Source: an uncultured Acidobacteriota bacterium (GTDB lineage Bacteria > Acidobacteriota > Thermoanaerobaculia > UBA5066). Taken from it: a stretch of DNA of 64,000 bases. The stretch spans positions 255,596 through 319,595 of the forward strand of contig CAWGDR010000004.1 in NCBI GenBank assembly GCA_963821435.1. The letters are read 5' to 3'. The position numbers were made by a program, and so were the translations under genes. The stretch's first letter is position 1; each line of letters starts with the position of its first letter. Under the pieces are notes generated by a model. That model searched no databases and was not told the origin of the DNA. It worked only from the letters and a program-made list of their open reading frames with translations. Positions 32,740 to 42,064 of the stretch are shown here, in pieces.

Positions 32740-34140
32740 TCAACCCGGGAGGACTTTCCCCGGATTCAGGATCCCGCGCGGGTCGAGCGCGGCCTTGACG
32801 GCCCGCATCGCGTCGAGGAACGCCGCGTCGCGGCGCATCGGGAGGAGATCCTTCAGGATGACGCCGACGCCGTGCTCCCCGGTGATCGTCCCGCCGAGGC
32901 GCGACGGCCTCCGCGTAGATCCCGTGCACCGCCCCCTCGAAGACGCGCCGCTGGCTCCGTCGTCCCTTCGCGGAGGAGCCGCACGTGGACGTTCCCGTCG
33001 GCCGCGTGGCCGTAGCAGAAGGGCGAGAGCCCCGCCGCCGCGGCGATCCGCCGGACGCCCGAGGACGAGGGCGACGAGCTCGGAGCGCGGGACCGCGACG
33101 TCGATCTCGACCGAGACGCCGACGTCGTGGATCGCCTCGGCGATGCCGCGCCGGACGTCCCAGAGCGTCCGCCGTTTCGCCTCGTCCGTCGCGAGGGCGA
33201 CGTCGAGCGCGCCGGCCTCGAGGAGGATCTCCCCCGCCCGCGTCACGTCCCGCTCGACCTCGCTCGTCCGAGGCGCCGTCGAAGTCGAGGAGGAGCCGCG
33301 CCTCGGCCCCGGGGAACGGCACGCCGACCCCTTTCTTCCGCGACGAGATCTCGACGCTCGGGCGGTCGACCATCTCGCAGGCCGACGGGAGGAGGCCGCG
33401 CCGGTGGACCTCGAGGACCGCGCCCGCCGCCGCCTCGAGCGAGGCGAAGGGCGCGAGGAGCGTGGCCCACGCGGCCGGCTTCGCGATGAGCCGGAGCCAC
33501 GCCGCCGTGACGACGGCGAGCGTCCCCTCGCTCCCGACGAGGAGCGCCGTCAGGTCGTAGCCCGCCACGTCCTTCCGGGTCTTGCCGCCGGTCACGGTGA
33601 CGCCGCCGTCCGCGAAGACGGCCTCGAGACCCAGCACCCACTTCCCCGTCACGCCGTACTTGGCGGCGTGAGGGCCCCCCGCGTTCTCGGCGACGTTGCC
33701 GCCGATGCAGGCACGAGCCGCGCGAAGAGGGGTCGGGCGGGTAATAGAGCCCGGCCTCCTCCACCGCCTCCTGCAGCGTCTGCGTCACGACCCCCGCCTC
33801 CGCGACGGCGACGAAGTTCGCCGCGTCGATCTCCCGGATCGCGTTCAGGCGCTCGAGCGACAGGGCGACGCCGCCGTGGACGGCGAGGGCGCCGCCCGAC
33901 ATTCCGGTCCGGCCGCCCTGCGGCGTCACCGGGATACGCCGCTCGTGGCAGAACGCGAGGAGGCGCGAAACCTCCGCCGTCGTCCCCGGCTTCACGACCG
34001 CCGCGGGAACGTGGACGAGGTCGCGCGTCCAGTCCTTCGCGTAGGCCGAGAGGTCCTCCCCGGCGGCGAGGACGTGCCGCTCGCCGACGACGAGCGGCGA
34101 GCGCGGAGAGCTCCTCGGGGGCGAGCTCGCGCCGGGCCAT
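32740..34140 (-). CDS. FAD-linked oxidase (glycolate oxidase subunit GlcD / D-lactate dehydrogenase family); multiple indels
   Basis: The FAD-binding part is 'VKPGTTAEVSRLLAFCHERRIPVTPQGGRTGMSGGA', and 'VTGKWVLGLEAVFADGGV...DVAGYDLTALLVGSEGTLAVV' follows. The C-terminus 'ITGEHGVGVILKDLLP...LDPRGILNPGKVLP' is the FAD-oxidase_C signature. Confidence 0.7.
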
Positions 34141-34250
34141 GACCGGAGATCTTAAGATCGGAGCGGGCCGGCGCGACGCAGCGGAAAAAAAGCGGCCCAC
34201 TCGCCGCGCCCCCCGATAGAATCGTGACGCGGCCCGGCGAAGGAGTGACG

Positions 34251-35620
34251 ATGAGCAGTTTCGTGGAGAAGATCACGGAGGACGCCCGGCGCGAACGCCG
34301 CCTCGTTCCGCGGCGAGGGAATCGACGCGCTGGTCGTGCAGGCGGTCTTCGAGGCCGACCGCGCGAAGCGCGACGAGGCGCGGCACGCGATCCGGGCCGC
34401 CGCGGCGGTCTACGGCATCCTGCCGGCCTCGATCCACGACCTCTACATGGCGATCGGGCGCGGCGAGTCGGGCGGTTTCACGACCCCGGCCATCAACGTC
34501 CGGATGCTCGCCTACGACACGGCGCGCGCGATCTTCCGCGCGGCGAAGAAGCACGACGTCGGCGCGTTCATCCTCGAGATCGCCCGGAGCGAGATGGGCT
34601 ACACGGACCAGCAGCCGGGCGAGTACGCCGCCGTCGTCCTGGCCGCCGCGATCCGGGAAGGACACGAGGGCCCGGTCTTCATCCAGGGCGACCACTTCCA
34701 GATCAACGCCAAGAAGTACGCGCACGAACCCGGAGGGGGAGCGGAAGGCCATCGAGGCCCTGATCGGCGACGCGATCCCGGCGGGCTTCTTCAACATCGA
34801 CATCGACACGTCGACGCTCGTCGACCTCTCCCAGTCCACCGTCGTCGAGGAGCAGCGGCGCAACTTCGAGAACGCCGCGCACTTCACCCGTTTCATCCGG
34901 GCGCGCGAGCCGAAGGGGCTGACGATCTCGGTCGGGGGCGAGATCGGCGAGGTCGGAAAGGACGTCTCCACGCCGGAGGAGTTCCGCGCCTTCATGAACG
35001 GCTACAAGGCCGCGCTGCCGGCCGGGATGACCGGCGTCTCGAAGATCTCGATCAACACGGGCACCTCGCACGGCGGCGTCGTCCTGCCGGACGGCACGGT
35101 CGCGAAGGTCTCCATCGCCTTCGACTCGATGCAGGCGATCTCGAAGGTCGCCCGGGCCGAGTACGGCCTCGGCGGCGTCGTCCAGCACGGCGCCTCGACG
35201 CTGCCGGCGGAGATGTTCCACGAGTTCCCGAACCACGGGGCGTGCGAGGTCCACCTCGCCACCGAGTTCCAGAACATGGTCTACGAGCACCCGGCGCTCC
35301 CGAAGGAGCTCAAGGACGAGATGTACGCCTGGCTGAAGGCCAACGCCGCCGACGAGCGGAAGCCGAACGACACCGACGAGCAGTTCCTCTACCGCTCGAG
35401 GAAGAAGGCGATCGGCCCGTTCAAGAAGGCGGTCTGGAACCTGCCGGAGGCGGCGCGCTCCGAGATCGGAGCCGCGCTGCAGGCCAAGTTCGAGTACCTC
35501 TTCGGGAAGCTCCGCGTCCAGGGGACGAAGAACGCCGTCTCGCGCTTCGTGAAGCCGGTCGAGGTCGAGCGGACGGTCGCGGCGGGCTCGTTCGTCCGCG
35601 ACGACGAGGCGGGGGACTAG
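34251..35620 (+). CDS. fba: class II fructose-bisphosphate aldolase (long, actinobacterial/cyanobacterial-type); indels
   Basis: An SD GAAGGAG precedes the start. 'TTPAINVRMLAYDTARAIFRAAKKHDVGAFILEIARSE...VFIQGDHFQ' matches the M. tuberculosis Fba pattern 'FPAINCTSSE...HTDHC'. The C-terminal part is 'ISINTGTSHGG...VQHGASTLP'. Confidence 0.65.
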
Positions 35621-35627
35621 TCCCTGC

Positions 35628-37361
35628 TCAGGAGGGGGGGCGCGGCCGGAAATAGACCGCCGCGTCCGCCCGGAGCCCCCGCGGCCGCGGCCCCGGCGGC
35701 CGCTCGAGCCTCTCGACACCCGCCATCTGCCGGCCGAAGACCCGCATGAAGTCGTCCAGGTAGCCCTGCCCGAAATACGGGCGCCGGTACTCCAGATAGG
35801 ACCGGTTGACGATGAAGGCGGCCCCGGGGCGCGTCCGGTCCAGCGCCTCGATCATCTCCCGCTCGTCCTCGGGTCCCTGGTCGCCCGGGTTGAAGTGCTC
35901 GAACGCGAAGGGCGTCCTTCGCTCGGCGAGGAACAGGACGACGCCGGGCTCGGGGAATCCCGCCACGTAATCTCCCTCCTTCGTGTCGCGCACGAGGCGT
36001 TTCACGAGCCCGTCGACGAGCCGCGCCTCGGCGGCGGGGAGGAGCAGGCTCCCCCGGGGAGCCCGCACCCACTCGCGAGGCGTGTCGTGGAAGTCCCGGA
36101 CAACCGCGCCGCCCAGCCCGAGCGCCAGCCCGAGGACGAGGGCCCCGAGCGGCGTCGTCCCGCCCGTCCAGCGGGCGAGAGTCGAGAGGGAGAAGGTGAG
36201 GGCGAGCGGGCCCGAGAAGGCGCTGTACGGGCAGTACCTCAGGAGAAAGAACGGCTGGCGCGAAAGGAACGGCACCATCGCCGCGCCCGCCGCCACCCAG
36301 GGAGCGTCGCCGGAGGCCGGATCGCGCCAGCTCTTCCGGACGAGGGCCCGCGCGATCTCGACCGCGAACGCGACGCTCGCCAGCGGCACGAGCGCCTGCA
36401 CGGCGAGACTCGCCGGCAGGAGAGACGCCGCGAGCCCCAGGGCGAAGAGGAGCGGCGCCGCGAGCCGGGTCCTGAGCGCGCGGGCGAGGAGCACCGCCAG
36501 GGCGAAGAGCGCCGCCGAGGGGAGGTACCGCGAGAGGATCTCCGCGGCGGGGAATCCCCCCTCGGCGAGGTAGCCCCAGCGGACGCTGCGGTAGAGGCCC
36601 TTCAGCTCCTCCGACACCTTCAGGGCCATCAGGAACCCGCGCCTCTCGAGGAGGTCGCGGCCGTACCGTGCGAGCGGGACGAGCCAGAAGAGGCTTCCCG
36701 CGGCGGCGGCCAAAAGGAGCGAGAGGAGCGCCTCGCGGCGAGGCCGTCTCCAGAGGAGCGCGATGCCGACGCCGGCGAGCGCCATCGGGACGATCTCGAG
36801 CTTGGTCCCGCAGGCGACCGCCGCGGCCGCCGCGGCGAAGAGGGAGCGGCGCGGTCCGGTCGACCCGAGCGCCGCCTCGAGGGCGACGAGCGAGAAGACG
36901 GTCCCCTCGAGAGCCGCGACGGCGTACGGGAACGGCCAGGCCCCGCCTCCCGGCTCGAAGACGCAGACGCTCAGGACGAGGCAGGTGACCGCCGCCGCGA
37001 AGCCCCGCGACGGGACGAGCCGGCACGTGAGGCGGCGAAGCGCTTCGACACCCGCGAGGGCTAGAGCGGCCCGGAGGGCGAAGAGCGCCTCGAGGCGCTG
37101 GCCGAGGATCCGGAAGGCCAGCGCGTCGAGCGCCGGCGGCACCGGCCCGAACCAGTAGGCGATGTCGCGGTAGAGCGCCTCCCCGAGGAAGAAGCGGCTC
37201 GCGACGCCCACCTCGCGCCCGCAGTCCTGGAACGGCAGGACCCAGCACTTGTACGTCGCGCCGTAGAGGACGGCAAAGTAGAGCGCCGGCCCGACCGCCG
37301 GCAGCCCGCGCGAGACGACCGCGACGATGCGGCGGCCCGCGGCCGCCACCCGTTCCCTCAC
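35628..37361 (-). CDS. large polytopic membrane protein, glycosyltransferase family 39 / ArnT-PMT-like (tentative)
   Basis: The gene is intact at 577 aa. About 11 predicted TM helices are rich in aromatic and Gly residues, with periplasmic loops. A C-terminal soluble domain reads '...DYVAGFPEPGVVLFLAERRTPFAFEHFNPGD'. The fold class is inferred from topology only. Confidence 0.45.
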   Translation of the reverse strand: MRERVAAAGRRIVAVVSRGLPAVGPALYFAVLYGATYKCWVLPFQDCGREVGVASRFFLGEALYRDIAYWFGPVPPALDALAFRILGQRLEALFALRAALALAGVEALRRLTCRLVPSRGFAAAVTCLVLSVCVFEPGGGAWPFPYAVAALEGTVFSLVALEAALGSTGPRRSLFAAAAAAVACGTKLEIVPMALAGVGIALLWRRPRREALLSLLLAAAAGSLFWLVPLARYGRDLLERRGFLMALKVSEELKGLYRSVRWGYLAEGGFPAAEILSRYLPSAALFALAVLLARALRTRLAAPLLFALGLAASLLPASLAVQALVPLASVAFAVEIARALVRKSWRDPASGDAPWVAAGAAMVPFLSRQPFFLLRYCPYSAFSGPLALTFSLSTLARWTGGTTPLGALVLGLALGLGGAVVRDFHDTPREWVRAPRGSLLLPAAEARLVDGLVKRLVRDTKEGDYVAGFPEPGVVLFLAERRTPFAFEHFNPGDQGPEDEREMIEALDRTRPGAAFIVNRSYLEYRRPYFGQGYLDDFMRVFGRQMAGVERLERPPGPRPRGLRADAAVYFRPRPPS

Positions 37362-37371
37362 GATGCCCGGA

Positions 37372-38388
37372 TTATCGGCGGTAGCGCTCCCGGATGTTCG
37401 GGATCAGGTACTCGCTGAAGGCCCGGGAGAGGTCGTAGCGGGTCGTGAAGCCCCAGTCGCGCCGCGCCGCGGAGTCGTCCACGTCGGCGGGCCAAGAGTC
37501 GACGATCCCCTGCCGCTTCAGGTCGGGCTCGAAGCTGATGGCCGCTCCGGGAAAGGCGTTCACGACGAGGTCGCGGATCTCGGCCGCCGAGGGGTTGAAC
37601 GATCCGACGTTGTAGATCCGCCGGGTGAGCCTCGCGGCCGGCGCCGCCGCGAGCTTCAGGAGAGCGTCGACGCCGTCGGGCATCGCCATGAACGGGATCC
37701 GGGAGTCGGGCCGGACGAAGCAGTCGTACGGCTTCCCCTGTGCGGCGGCGTGGATCATCTCGGGGGCGTAGTCCGAGGTCCCGCCCGACGGGACGGTCAC
37801 CGCGGAGATGAGCCCCGGGAAGCGGACGCAGCGGAAGTCGAGGCGCGGGACCGGCTCTGCGGAGAGCTGCTTGTAGTGCCCCGAGAAGTAGCGGCCGAGG
37901 TGCTCGCAGTAGAGCTTGTTGCAGCCGTACATCGTCGTCGGCGCGTTGAAGGCGTCCTCCCCGACCTTTCCCGCGCGTCCCTTCGCCACGAGGTCCGGCA
38001 GGCCGTAGGCCGCGATGGACGACGGGTAGAGGAACGTGACCGGCCGGCCGTGCGAGCAGCGCTCCGAGTAGGCGAACTCGAGGAGCAGGAGCGTTCCCTC
38101 GACGTTCACCTGGTGCGCCGTCACGGGGGTGAACTCGCTCCGCGTCGAGAGGAGCGCCGCGAGGTGGAAGATCAGGTCGATCTCGTACTCGGACAGGATC
38201 CGCTCGAGGAGGTTCCGGTCCAGGATCGAACCGGTGAACTGCCGCTCCACGCGCCGCCCGAGGTCCTCCTCGAGCGTCTTCAGGTCGAGCGTGACGATCT
38301 TCCGGGAGCCGTCGTCCGAGAGGTGGGTGATCAGTCCGTGCCCGATCTCGCCGCTGGCTCCGGTGATGAGGACGACGGGTCGCCGCAT
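37372..38388 (-). CDS. NAD-dependent epimerase/dehydratase (SDR, L-threonine 3-dehydrogenase / UDP-sugar epimerase-like)
   Basis: The gene is intact. It has the Rossmann motif 'VLITGASGEIGHGLI', 'IFHLAALLS' and the YxxxK motif 'YGCNKLY'. Confidence 0.8.
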   Translation of the reverse strand: MRRPVVLITGASGEIGHGLITHLSDDGSRKIVTLDLKTLEEDLGRRVERQFTGSILDRNLLERILSEYEIDLIFHLAALLSTRSEFTPVTAHQVNVEGTLLLLEFAYSERCSHGRPVTFLYPSSIAAYGLPDLVAKGRAGKVGEDAFNAPTTMYGCNKLYCEHLGRYFSGHYKQLSAEPVPRLDFRCVRFPGLISAVTVPSGGTSDYAPEMIHAAAQGKPYDCFVRPDSRIPFMAMPDGVDALLKLAAAPAARLTRRIYNVGSFNPSAAEIRDLVVNAFPGAAISFEPDLKRQGIVDSWPADVDDSAARRDWGFTTRYDLSRAFSEYLIPNIRERYRR

Positions 38389-38475
38389 GTTCGCGTCTCC
38401 TTCCGGGCGTCGGGATCTTAGACGCTGGGCGGCGCTCCGGAGCCGGTCTCCTGCATCGGTATCATCCCGGCCGCC

Positions 38476-39429
38476 GTGCCCGGACAGCCCTCGATCGTCG
38501 CGCAGCTCACCCACCGCACGTTCGGGCTCTGGTTCTCGTTCTTCCGCTGGATGGCGCGGACGCTGCCGCCGGAGTGGGTCGCGCGGCTCGCGGCCGCGAC
38601 GGCGGAGCGGGCGATCTGGGAGCGGGAGAGCGTCCACGACGCCATCGCCGACAACTTCGCGGCCGTCCTCGGCCTCTCGCCCAAGGACCGCCGCGTCGAG
38701 GAGGCGGGGCGCGAGATGGTCTCCCGCCACTCGCGGCTCTGGATCGACCTCCTTCGCTACTCGGGGCGCGGGGACGTCGACGCGCGCGCGCTCCTCGCGC
38801 GCCGCTCGGGGGACGAGCGGCTCCTCGACGCGCGGGACGCCGGCCGGGGGGCGATCCTCCTGACCGCCCACGTCGGCAACTTCGAGCTGGGCGGGCTCTT
38901 CCTCCGCGAGCTCGGCCTCTCCTGCGCGGCGGCGTACGTCCCGGACCCGTCGCCCGTCATCGAGAAACACCGCGAGGACGCCCGGAGGGCGCTCGGCGTC
39001 ACCGGCATCCCGGTCACCTCCTCCCCTTTCGCCTTCGTGCCGCTCCTCCGCGCCCTCCGCGAGGGGCGCTTCGTGGCGATGCAGGGAGACCGGGACGTTT
39101 CGGGCACCGGGAGGGCGTTCCCGTTCTTCGGGCGGTCGGCATCGTTTCCGGTCGGCCCGTTCCGCCTCGCGGCGCTCTCGGGCGCTCCGCTCCTTCCGGT
39201 CTTCGTCCTCCAGGAGGCCGACGGCCGCTACCGGACGCACGTGGACGATCCGATCCGGCTCACGCTCGCCGCCGGATCGCGGTCGGAGCCGGAGGAGGGG
39301 GAGCTCGAGGCCGCGCTCGCTCGCTGGGTGGAGCTCCTCGCCCGGGTCATCCGCGAGAACCCGACGCAGTGGTACCTCTTCACGCGATTCTGGGAGGAGC
39401 AGGACCCTTCGGAGGCCACCTCCCTATAA
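38476..39429 (+). CDS. lysophospholipid/lipid A biosynthesis acyltransferase (LpxL/HtrB-like LPLAT)
   Basis: The gene is intact at 317 aa. The HX4D-like acyltransferase region is 'ILLTAHVGNFELGG', and 'FVAMQGDRD' is also present. It is divergent from the epimerase. Confidence 0.75.
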   Translation: MPGQPSIVAQLTHRTFGLWFSFFRWMARTLPPEWVARLAAATAERAIWERESVHDAIADNFAAVLGLSPKDRRVEEAGREMVSRHSRLWIDLLRYSGRGDVDARALLARRSGDERLLDARDAGRGAILLTAHVGNFELGGLFLRELGLSCAAAYVPDPSPVIEKHREDARRALGVTGIPVTSSPFAFVPLLRALREGRFVAMQGDRDVSGTGRAFPFFGRSASFPVGPFRLAALSGAPLLPVFVLQEADGRYRTHVDDPIRLTLAAGSRSEPEEGELEAALARWVELLARVIRENPTQWYLFTRFWEEQDPSEATSL

Positions 39430-39502
39430 TCCGCGCGCGCCGCCGGACTCTCCCGCCGACCGTTCTCGGCACGGGTGTTGCTGACGCCGCGGAGCCCGCG
39501 CC

Positions 39503-41011
39503 ATGAAGATCCTCATCGCCACCGACCGAAACCAGCCGAACGACCGCTACCGCGGGGCGCTCCTCTGCGCGGGGGCGCTGCCCGAGGAGGTGGCGATCGT
39601 CACGCCGGGGCAGAAGCTCCCCGACGACTTCGACGGGCTGCTCCTCGCCGGGGGGCCGGACGTCGCGCCGGAGCGCTACGGAGAGACCGCGGCGACGAGC
39701 ACCCTGGAGGTCGACGCCGCGCGCGACGCGCTCGACTTCGCGCTCTTTTCCGCCGCGGCCGAGCGGAAGATCCCCCTCTTCGGCATCTGCCGGGGCATCC
39801 AGGTGGTCAACGTCGCCCTCGGCGGGACGCTCTGGCAGGAGCTCGAGGCGCAGCGGCCGCGCGGCGTCGTCCACGATTGCGACCGGGATGCCGCGCTCAT
39901 TCCCGAACACCTCGTCCGGTCCCGCGCCCCCTCCGCCGGCGCGTCGGCGTTCGCCGCCGCGCTCGCCTCCCCGAACGGGGCCTCCGTCAACACGCGCCAC
40001 CACCAGGGGATCAAGGACCTCGCGCCGGGACTCGCGCCGCTGGCCGCCTCGCCCGACGACCTCGTCGAGGCGGTGGAGAAGCCGGGCGAGCCGTTCCTCG
40101 CGGCGGTGCAGTGGCACCCCGAGGACCTCGTCGCCCGGCCCGACCAGAAGCGGCTCTTCCGCGCCTTCCTCGAGGCCTGCCGCGCGCGGGTCCGGCGGAC
40201 GGGGCGGCGTCCCGCGGCGCTGATCGAGGTCGCGCTCACCGGCCGCGTCCCGGTCGTCCGCTTCAACCGGCCGTCCGCGCGCAATGCGTTCACGGCCCCA
40301 ATGGCCGCGATGCTCGCCGACACGGTGGACGCCCTCGGCCGGGACACGACCGTCCCCGCCATCGTCCTCACGGGGAACGGGGGCGCCTTCTCCTCCGGCG
40401 GCGATCTCGACGTGATGCGCGCCCTCGCCGCCGCCTCCGACGACGAGGGGTTCCGGGAGCTTCTCGAGGAGGGGGGCCGCGCGGTCCTCGCGATGGTCGA
40501 CGCGCCGCGCCCCGTCCTCGCCGCGGTGGACGGCGCGGCGGCCGGCGGCGGGATGAGCCTCGCGCTGGCGGCCGACGTCCGCGTCGCGTCGTCGGCGGCC
40601 GGCCACGCGGCGCTCTTCGTCCCCTCGTACGCGGCGGTCGGCCTCATCCCCGCGTGGGGAGCGACGCTGCACCTGCCGGAGCGCCTGGGCGCCGGCATCG
40701 CGGCCGACGTCGTCTTCGCGGCGGAGCGCATCGGCGCCGTCCGCGCGCGCCAGATCGGCCTCGCCGACCTTCTCGTCGAGGATGGCCCGAGCCTTCCGTC
40801 CGCCCTCGCCCGCGCCGAGACCTACGCGGAGCGCTCGCTCGCCGCCGTCGCCGCCTCGAAGCGGCTTCTCGCGGCCGAGCGGCGCCCGCGCCTCGTGGCC
40901 GCGCTCGCGCGCGAGGTGGAAAGCCAGATCGAACTCTTCCGGAGCGGAGAGCTCCTCCGGCGTCTGCCGGTAACCGAGCGGAGCCGCCCGGACGAACAGG
41001 AGACCTCATGA
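39503..41011 (+). CDS. fusion protein: N-terminal peptidase C26 / gamma-glutamyl-GABA hydrolase-like class I glutamine amidotransferase domain + C-terminal enoyl-CoA hydratase/isomerase (crotonase) domain
   Basis: The gene is intact at 502 aa. The C26 nucleophile elbow is 'FGICRGIQVVNVALGG' and the His motif is 'NTRHHQGI'. The crotonase oxyanion region is 'IVLTGNGGAFSSGGDLD...DGAAAGGGMSLALAADVRVA'. Confidence 0.7.
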   Translation: MKILIATDRNQPNDRYRGALLCAGALPEEVAIVTPGQKLPDDFDGLLLAGGPDVAPERYGETAATSTLEVDAARDALDFALFSAAAERKIPLFGICRGIQVVNVALGGTLWQELEAQRPRGVVHDCDRDAALIPEHLVRSRAPSAGASAFAAALASPNGASVNTRHHQGIKDLAPGLAPLAASPDDLVEAVEKPGEPFLAAVQWHPEDLVARPDQKRLFRAFLEACRARVRRTGRRPAALIEVALTGRVPVVRFNRPSARNAFTAPMAAMLADTVDALGRDTTVPAIVLTGNGGAFSSGGDLDVMRALAAASDDEGFRELLEEGGRAVLAMVDAPRPVLAAVDGAAAGGGMSLALAADVRVASSAAGHAALFVPSYAAVGLIPAWGATLHLPERLGAGIAADVVFAAERIGAVRARQIGLADLLVEDGPSLPSALARAETYAERSLAAVAASKRLLAAERRPRLVAALAREVESQIELFRSGELLRRLPVTERSRPDEQETS

Positions 41012-41964
41012 CCACGTTTCGTCCCGTCCTCCCCGCCGCGCTCGCGGCCCTCTTCGTCGCGGGAGCCGCGGCGTCCCAGACGCCGACGCCGCCGAAGGCC
41101 CCGGAGCTCCCTCCGTTCGAGGTGGCCCAGACCGATCCGCACTCCTGGATGGGCCGGTTCGGCATCACGAACTGTTCCTGGTTCGATCTCGGCGACGGCG
41201 TCGTCCTCATCGACACGGGCGCCTCGGAGGCCGACGGCCGGAACCTCCTCGCCGAGGTGAAGCGGACGGTGCCCGGAAAGCCCGTGAGGTGGATCGTCAT
41301 GACCCACCTTCACGGCGACTCCAATGGCGGGTTCCAGGCCCTCATGCCGACCGACGCGATGATCATCGTGAACGAGCGCGCGCTGCCGGGCTTCACCGCG
41401 CTCCTCCGCGGTGGCGGCAAGGTGCCGACGATGGTCGGGGTGAAGGACAAGCTCGTGCTCCAGGGAAAGACCCAGGCGCTCGAGATCCGCGCGACGACCG
41501 CTCCCGCCCACACGGCGGACGATCTCTGGGTCTTCCAGCCGACCGCGAACGTCGTCTACGTGGGCGACCTCGTGACACCCGCCCGATGCCCGATGATGTC
41601 CGACCCCGGGACCGATCCGAAGGGCTGGCTCCTCGCGCTCGACCAGATCGAAGCCGTCCACGCCGCGGCGCTCGTCCCGACGCGCGGGCCCTCGACCGTC
41701 AAGGTCGCCGAGCAGATCCTCGGGACGCGGTCGTACATCAAGCGGATGCTCGAGATCCTGACGGCGATGAAGAAGATCAACGCCGCGGAGGCGCGCGTCT
41801 CGGGCGAGCTCGCGGCCCAGAAGATCGGCGAGTACTGCCCGAAGGAGCTGGACGTCACGAACGCGCTCTATCTCTACCGCCGGATGAACGAGGACGGGAC
41901 GTTCAATCAGAAGCCCGGCGGCCCGGCCGGCGGCCCGGCCAAGCCCCCCGCCAAGAAGAACTGA
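41008..41964 (+). CDS. secreted MBL-fold metallo-hydrolase
   Basis: The ATG overlaps the upstream stop (ATGA). The signal peptide is 'MTTFRPVLPAALAALFVAGAAAS'. The metal-binding motif is 'MTHLHGDSNGG'. Confidence 0.75.
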   Translation: MTTFRPVLPAALAALFVAGAAASQTPTPPKAPELPPFEVAQTDPHSWMGRFGITNCSWFDLGDGVVLIDTGASEADGRNLLAEVKRTVPGKPVRWIVMTHLHGDSNGGFQALMPTDAMIIVNERALPGFTALLRGGGKVPTMVGVKDKLVLQGKTQALEIRATTAPAHTADDLWVFQPTANVVYVGDLVTPARCPMMSDPGTDPKGWLLALDQIEAVHAAALVPTRGPSTVKVAEQILGTRSYIKRMLEILTAMKKINAAEARVSGELAAQKIGEYCPKELDVTNALYLYRRMNEDGTFNQKPGGPAGGPAKPPAKKN

Positions 41965-41999
41965 CCCGACTCCGGTTCTTTCCCGCGCGGAAGGGGTTT

Positions 42000-42026
42000 G
42001 GGGAAACCCGGGCGCGGGTTTCCCCA
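42000..42026. repeat. REP-like perfect hairpin GGGGAAACCCG-N5-CGGGTTTCCCC (copy 2), preceded by CCCGCGCGGAAGGGG
   Basis: The stem is identical to the copy at 26785-26811. The element, including its flank, is in inverted orientation relative to copy 1. It lies 36 nt after the MBL stop. Confidence 0.5.
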
Positions 42027-42030
42027 AGAC

Positions 42031-42064
42031 AGGAAAAGGGGTCCCGGCGTTTCGCCGGGACCCC
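42031..42064 (-). terminator. canonical Rho-independent terminator on the minus strand (11-bp GC stem GGGGTCCCGGC, GAAA loop, followed by UUUUCCU)
   Basis: The minus strand reads GGGGTCCCGGCGAAACGCCGGGACCCC + TTTTCCTGTCTT. It is a rare U-tract terminator in a 70% GC context. It lies 240 nt downstream of the queF stop. Confidence 0.55.
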
